Source: Stramenopiles sp. TOSAG23-3 (taxonomy: Eukaryota). Taken from it: a stretch of DNA of 32,563 nucleotides. A program made the translations under genes and the position numbers. The DNA lies in the NCBI GenBank assembly GCA_900128585.1, contig LT642215.1, positions 1 to 32,563 of the forward strand, given 5' to 3'. Below the pieces are notes generated by a model. The model had not been told where the DNA came from, ran no database searches, and saw only the letters and a program-made list of their open reading frames with translations. Positions 27,459-32,563 of this stretch are shown here, in pieces; position 1 is the stretch's first letter, and the number at the start of each line of letters is the position of its first letter.

Positions 27459-28691
27459 TTTCTCTCTTTGGTGTTGAAGTAAATATAAGGTTTAAAACGT
27501 GGTAGAAAATTAAGTTCAGAAGTCGTATCGATTTTGAATTTCTTGTTCTACTGTAACGACAATGTAACTGCTGAAATTGGATTCAACCGAAGGTTTGTAC
27601 ACGTACGTTTCTCTCTCTCTCTCTTGCCCGCACTCCCCCTCCCTTCGCCCTCGCACCACCGCCCGCCCCGTGATGACCCTCATGCGTACAATGCCATGCC
27701 ATGCCCGCCGCCTCCTCTTTTTATTTTTTTCGCATTATTATTTTTTATTTCCTCTACTATTTACCTGTTATAAAAATTATGGCCACAACCTCAAATGTCA
27801 TTTCATGTTTCAGCATTTTTTTAATTAATATAGACATACCATTAACATAAAAAATTCTCCACTTAGCGTTTAAAGAAATAACCTGAAGCAGTATGGCATA
27901 CACAGAGGAGAACCTCAACTTTTTTCACGTGAGCTTCTTCCTTCGTACTGTATACTCTCTATACTTTTCGGTATGATTCACAATATTAGTCGTCTATGTA
28001 AATACCATTGGTACCAACCTCCTCAGCGTTTCCTTGAATATTTATTATTTCGTTCTTTTTTTAAAACTATAGTATTCCCCTGTTAAATAATTTATGAACC
28101 TTGAAGTAGGAACCTTGAAAAATGTGGTTCTCCTGAGAGCTACTCTAGAGCCCCTCTAAAAAATGTTCGAATAGCTGCTGCTGACGGATCCGCCGTACGG
28201 AAGTGTAATAATGGTATTTAGACGACTAGTCTAATAAATAGGACTATATAATACGTAGGTTGAGGAGAAGAGAGAGTTCTATCTATTATGGTTTTTATAT
28301 TTTATTTATAATACATTTTAATAATTAAAAAATGACGCTGAACGACTGAACGATGACGAACAAAAAGAAGAAAAGAAAGATGATGCTATCTCTCTGTACA
28401 CTCTCTTAGCCTTTTACCTTGGTAGGAGCTGTAGGAGTAATTGCGCTCTGGTGGGGGGGATGGATGGTTTGGTTTTGAAGCAAAAAAAACGTTTTACTAT
28501 GAACATATTGTATAGTTGAAGAAAATAATTACCTATAATATAATTTATCAGTCTTGAATGCTATTCCCTTTTACTTCGCGGCCATCAAATAAATTAGAAG
28601 GTGAAGGAGCATTGACTTCCTTTTTTTTTAATGTTTGGTAATTGTTTATTAGGGATAATTCATATTTAAGGAAATAGTAGGATATAATGTG

Positions 28692-28717
28692 AGAAAATTG
28701 GCTGTTATTTAAGTAAT
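28692..28717 (+). repeat. Dispersed repeat module A
   Basis: AGAAAATTGGCTGTTATTTAAGTAAT matches 3131-3156 (AGAAAATTGGCTGTTATTTAGGTAAT) with one mismatch. Confidence 0.85.
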
Positions 28718-28875
28718 TAAAATTTATGTACTGCGAACAGAACTCTACTGGAGTGATTTTGGTAATCAATATATCCTTGTTACTTAGTCTTGACTATATC
28801 ATTTCCATATGTACTCAAGTAACATATACTTTGTTGAATTGTACCTTTATTTCTTTCCTTCCTTTTCAGAGGACA

Positions 28876-29622
28876 TTAGAGTTCAGACCGACCCCGTGTT
28901 GCTCTAGCTTGGTCTGCGGTATGCGAATTCGGGTTGCCTCCCTCGAAGTCGTTCTTGCTCCTGCCTTCCATGGCCTCGATCCAAATGTAGCCTCCGTTGC
29001 CCCCAATGCTCACGTTGTCCTTGTTGTCTTTGACCAGAGTCACTTTGTGCCCTTGCTTGCGATTCAAAAATTCGGCCGCCTCCTGGGAACCAGCACGTCG
29101 CTCCGACCGTCCTGTAATGAATATAACATCCCCGACGGCGTAACCGCATGGGTTTTCAAACCCAACCTGGATCATAGCTTTCCCAGAATCTGGATCAGTC
29201 GTAACGAATGTGTACTGTATCTTGTTCGGGCGTTCTGGGTTCTTTGCAACCTTGACCTTCTGGGGAGCTTTGCGCTTCGCCTCCTCTTCGGCCTTCTTTT
29301 TCCGCTGAATTTCATTTTCGTCGAGTACCACCTCTCTGGCAATCTCGGATTCGGGCGCGGCAGGGTCTGGTACAGCTGCGACGGGCTCTGGTACGGCTGC
29401 GACGGGCTCTGGCACGGCTGCGACGGGCTCTGGCACGGCTGCGACGGGCTCGGGTTCGGCTGCGACGGGCTCGGGTACGGCTGCGACGGGCTCGGGTTCG
29501 GCTGGAGCAAAGTCGCCCCCAAGGTCCAAGAATTCGTCCTCTTCAAATTGCATACCATCTTGAGCGACGCAGTGGTGCGACGCTACCAGGACCAAAAGGC
29601 ATACCCAGGTCTTTCGAAACAT
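28876..29622 (-). CDS. Secretory-pathway protein with signal peptide, PEPVAAV repeats and a small C-terminal beta domain
   Basis: MFRKTWVCLLVLVASHHCVA-Q signal peptide. Most differences between repeat units are synonymous on this strand (GTA/GTG, CCA/CCC). The protein ends RSEL. Confidence 0.82.
   Translation of the reverse strand: MFRKTWVCLLVLVASHHCVAQDGMQFEEDEFLDLGGDFAPAEPEPVAAVPEPVAAEPEPVAAVPEPVAAVPEPVAAVPEPVAAVPDPAAPESEIAREVVLDENEIQRKKKAEEEAKRKAPQKVKVAKNPERPNKIQYTFVTTDPDSGKAMIQVGFENPCGYAVGDVIFITGRSERRAGSQEAAEFLNRKQGHKVTLVKDNKDNVSIGGNGGYIWIEAMEGRSKNDFEGGNPNSHTADQARATRGRSEL
29363..29503 (-). repeat. Coding tandem repeat, ~6.5 x 21 nt (PEPVAA[VE])
   Basis: GCTGCGACGGGCTC recurs every 21 nt from 29375 to 29480. 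Confidence 0.95.
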
Positions 29623-30692
29623 CCTTACAATAGCTGAATAAAATTTTGTTTACGTTTAGGGTTTATCGTTTTTGTTGAGAACACAATTTTTTCAATGTTC
29701 ATGCGTACTGCCATGAAATACTTTGTTCGTTAACTTTATAATGTAATTCAGTTCAAAGTTTGTCTGTTTTACTCTTTGTTCTTCTAATTTAAATAAGAAG
29801 TGGAATAGCTCTATGAGAGAAGTCATCTGTTGATGTTGTGTACCTGTTTACGTAGTTATATAATATTTGATAAAATCGTTATACATTTTTTAAAAAAGAA
29901 AAAAGAAAGATATTTTAAGAAAAGTTGAGATGCTATTACTATGTACAGTAATAATAATCTACCTCGTAATGTCCAGTAGTAGAGATATTCGAATACGTGT
30001 CCACCTCTATAACCCTAACTATAACCCCATTATTACATATATTACATAAGCCTACAGAACAGAGAAAGACGACTAATCGTCTTTCTATTTCTTCTCCCTT
30101 CTTGTGGATTCTCCCTTCTTCTTTTCTTCTTCTTCATTTGCTAGACTAGACGACTAATTGCTTCATTTTTATTTGTGACAGGCACTCCTCTTGCTATTTC
30201 ATCATTGTTAGTCTGTTTATATACCATTACAACGTATAATAAAGTGATGAGAGACGACGACAACAAACAGGCGACACCGTTCGAAAGAAAAAGACCGATT
30301 GCCAAATCACACCAGGAGGTAAAAGAAAGCAATAGCTTCAGTAAGAGCAAAGAAGTATACGATTTCTTCTAGTACTACTACGAGGACTAAACTAGTCTAT
30401 AAAATATATAAACAATAAATTATTTTATTTTTTTTTTTTTATTAATAATAATTTTTTTTTTCAATCAACAAAACAATGAATAAAAAATCATCGAATGAAA
30501 CAACAATAAAAAATAAAAGATCAAAATAAAAAGACACAAATGAAAATAAAAGGAGAAGTTACATAAATCAATCGATTAATCTTCATAATTTGTAACCATA
30601 TATTTATTCTTTCTCAAGTGCCAAACGAATCGGCTGAATACCATCGATTGAAATAGTTTTTGTTGGATCAAGTAGACGACCCAAACTCGCTG

Positions 30693-32255
30693 ATGCCAGA
30701 GTTCGAGGGTGTATATATTGAGGGCGACTGCGGCCACGGGCGGTTGCCGCCGCGTGGGAACGTTTTTATCGAAACTTCACTTCACCGAGACTTTTCAGAC
30801 CAAAAATTTTTGCCCAGGTGTAAATGTAGTGATAGAGTAGAACAGGACAACAACGAACAGAAAGGAAAGTCTCCGTCTCTCACCACGGCCCGCGAAGTCG
30901 CAAGTGTGGGACAGAAGCGAAAATCTCCGTCTCTCGCCACAGCCAGCACCATTGCTGAAAGGCCCAGCGCGGTCGCCGGAACATGGGGGGGGTCAGGCAC
31001 ACGGATGCATTGGACCGACGTGGAACTGGACAAGTTGCTAGGAGATGTGAAAAGACACGGGGAAAATTGGGAAGTCATTAGTGAATCTCTTCCTGGTCGA
31101 ACCCCCGAATCTTGCAGGAAGAAGTATATTCGTACCGCGCCAGGGCTTCGAGTGTTTTACGATCAAAGGGTAGCAAGTTCCGATAAGCCTGTTGAAAAGG
31201 TTAAACGGGCCAAAACTACCAAGGTGAAAGACAAAAGAAATGGAAACATGGTGGCCGCCATTTATGTTAGTGATAGTGACGATTTGATGTCCGATATAGA
31301 AGAAATTGATGACCCAGATAGGAAAACACCAGAGCCGAAAATGGAAGAGGATTTCAACGAGGATGAGTGCGCAATTTGTGGTTTGCCCGGGGAGCTTGTG
31401 TGCTGCGAGGGCTGTCCGCGTGCCTTTCACGTGGACTGCCTCGCCGGGGACGACCAGAAGATGAGACAGGATATTGTTGCCGAAGAAGAGTTCTTTTGCG
31501 ACCAGTGCGATATTGTAGACGACTCAAATGAAGATGTCGTCGTCGATCAGTACAAACGTTTGTGGGAGGAAGAGGGGGGGGTCATGCGCCATATCGGCAG
31601 AGCTAGAAAGAGTGAAAATTATTTTCACCCCGATGCGATGGAAGCCATGCAAAATTCGCAAGTAATCACTCGTGAGCATGATACCGACACGGTGAAACCC
31701 TGTGCTTCTGCATGGCGAAAGGTAATCGCAAGCGATGCTGAGTATGAAAAAGCAACGAAGGAAATTGAGGAAGACTTGAAGAGTGGCAGGGGAGCGTATA
31801 CTCTTTGCCAATCATTAGAAGAATGGAAGAACAACACGCTCAGCAAAAAAGAGGCGAGATTTACGAACGACATGGCTGAACGAGAAAAGGCGAAAAAAGA
31901 AGAAAAGAAGAAGAAAATGAGGATCGAACCCCAGCAATTGCCGGGCAGTACAGGAGAGGGGTCGGGTAATATTCCGTCTTCTAATTCTGAGGTACAGACT
32001 GCAACCAACACCAGCAGTGTTTGTCCCGAAACCGTAGCAACGCAGGCAAAGGAGTCTTCCAGAGTTCAAACGCGCTGCTTCGTATGCGGGAAAGGATGTG
32101 CCAATCCCGAGCTCATACCATGGTACGATCACCAGGCGATTTCCCGCTCTATATGTTCAGGCTGCTACGAAATTCTTCGCGGGCTTGAAAGCATTCCTCG
32201 GGTCCCCGTTGAGCGAGGCGGCTGGAAGAGGTCGTCAACGATAAGTCATCTGTGA
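30693..32255 (+). CDS. SANT/Myb and PHD finger chromatin protein with a C-terminal CxxC...CxxC motif
   Basis: First ATG at 30693. [10 protein letters not shown]...[27 protein letters not shown] (C4HC3) [29 protein letters not shown]...FFCDQC. CFVC...CSGC near the C-terminus. Confidence 0.9.
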   Translation: MPEFEGVYIEGDCGHGRLPPRGNVFIETSLHRDFSDQKFLPRCKCSDRVEQDNNEQKGKSPSLTTAREVASVGQKRKSPSLATASTIAERPSAVAGTWGGSGTRMHWTDVELDKLLGDVKRHGENWEVISESLPGRTPESCRKKYIRTAPGLRVFYDQRVASSDKPVEKVKRAKTTKVKDKRNGNMVAAIYVSDSDDLMSDIEEIDDPDRKTPEPKMEEDFNEDECAICGLPGELVCCEGCPRAFHVDCLAGDDQKMRQDIVAEEEFFCDQCDIVDDSNEDVVVDQYKRLWEEEGGVMRHIGRARKSENYFHPDAMEAMQNSQVITREHDTDTVKPCASAWRKVIASDAEYEKATKEIEEDLKSGRGAYTLCQSLEEWKNNTLSKKEARFTNDMAEREKAKKEEKKKKMRIEPQQLPGSTGEGSGNIPSSNSEVQTATNTSSVCPETVATQAKESSRVQTRCFVCGKGCANPELIPWYDHQAISRSICSGCYEILRGLESIPRVPVERGGWKRSSTISHL

Positions 32256-32563
32256 TTAGCGGGAGTGGAGAATGTTGGAAGCATTGACAGTTTTAAGCAT
32301 TTTTTTTTGTGACATCAATACCGCGCACAGTCATCCGCGTTATAGTTAAAACCCCTGGAGGGGTAAAAATGTGAGAGAAGAAGAATTTTAAAATTCTTGG
32401 AAAATGAGTTTTATCTCGAGTGCTACTCTTTAACATTCAAAATATATGGTGTTAAATTTTTAGATATATTTTAAACATACTATAGAGGATCTGCAATAGG
32501 AGGAGATATTGTTCTTGAACTGACACCTTCTTTTTTCTTTAATTTTAATTACTATAAAATAAA

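Noticed and set aside
28726-29637. Plus-strand ORF with GCDGLWY/GCDGLGF repeats
   Set aside because: It is the shadow of the minus-strand gene. Repeat variation is mostly synonymous on the minus strand and non-synonymous here, and the minus ORF has a signal peptide.
30141-30372. Small overlapping ORFs between the secreted protein and the PHD gene
   Set aside because: Short, without recognisable motifs, and not distinguishable from chance ORFs in spacer DNA.

Overview
This is eukaryotic nuclear DNA from a compact, apparently intron-free protist genome, with GC-rich single-exon CDSs separated by very AT-rich spacers. It looks stramenopile-like, but taxonomy cannot be fixed from the sequence alone. 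There are two N gaps (1764-1908, 17428-17486) and about 14 protein genes: a coiled-coil hypothetical, a WW+IQ protein, a TM-Tudor-like protein with 4x81-nt repeats, a polytopic membrane protein, a TPR-Hsp70 fusion, a peptidase S51-like protein, a GT4 glycosyltransferase, a Sfi1-like-repeat/GAF/EF-hand protein broken by an inverted fragment and a gap, a head-to-head pair of partial paralogues, a 4-TM protein, a PX-CrtC/AttH-polyprenyl synthase fusion, a secreted heptad-repeat protein and a SANT+PHD protein. No rRNA, tRNA, CRISPR array or autonomous transposon was recognised. Four observations stand out. (1) The divergent pair shares a Tudor-like domain and a CDCA7-like helix but ends in different DNA-reader domains (EVE/PUA-like versus Myb). 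(2) The Hsp70 carries a Hop-type EEVD-clamp TPR but lacks its own lid and EEVD. (3) A PX domain is fused to a lipocalin-fold enzyme and a prenyltransferase. (4) A dispersed 3'-intergenic micro-repeat family includes a 23-nt unit flanked by target-site-like duplications. All domain calls come from reading motifs by eye, not from database searches.
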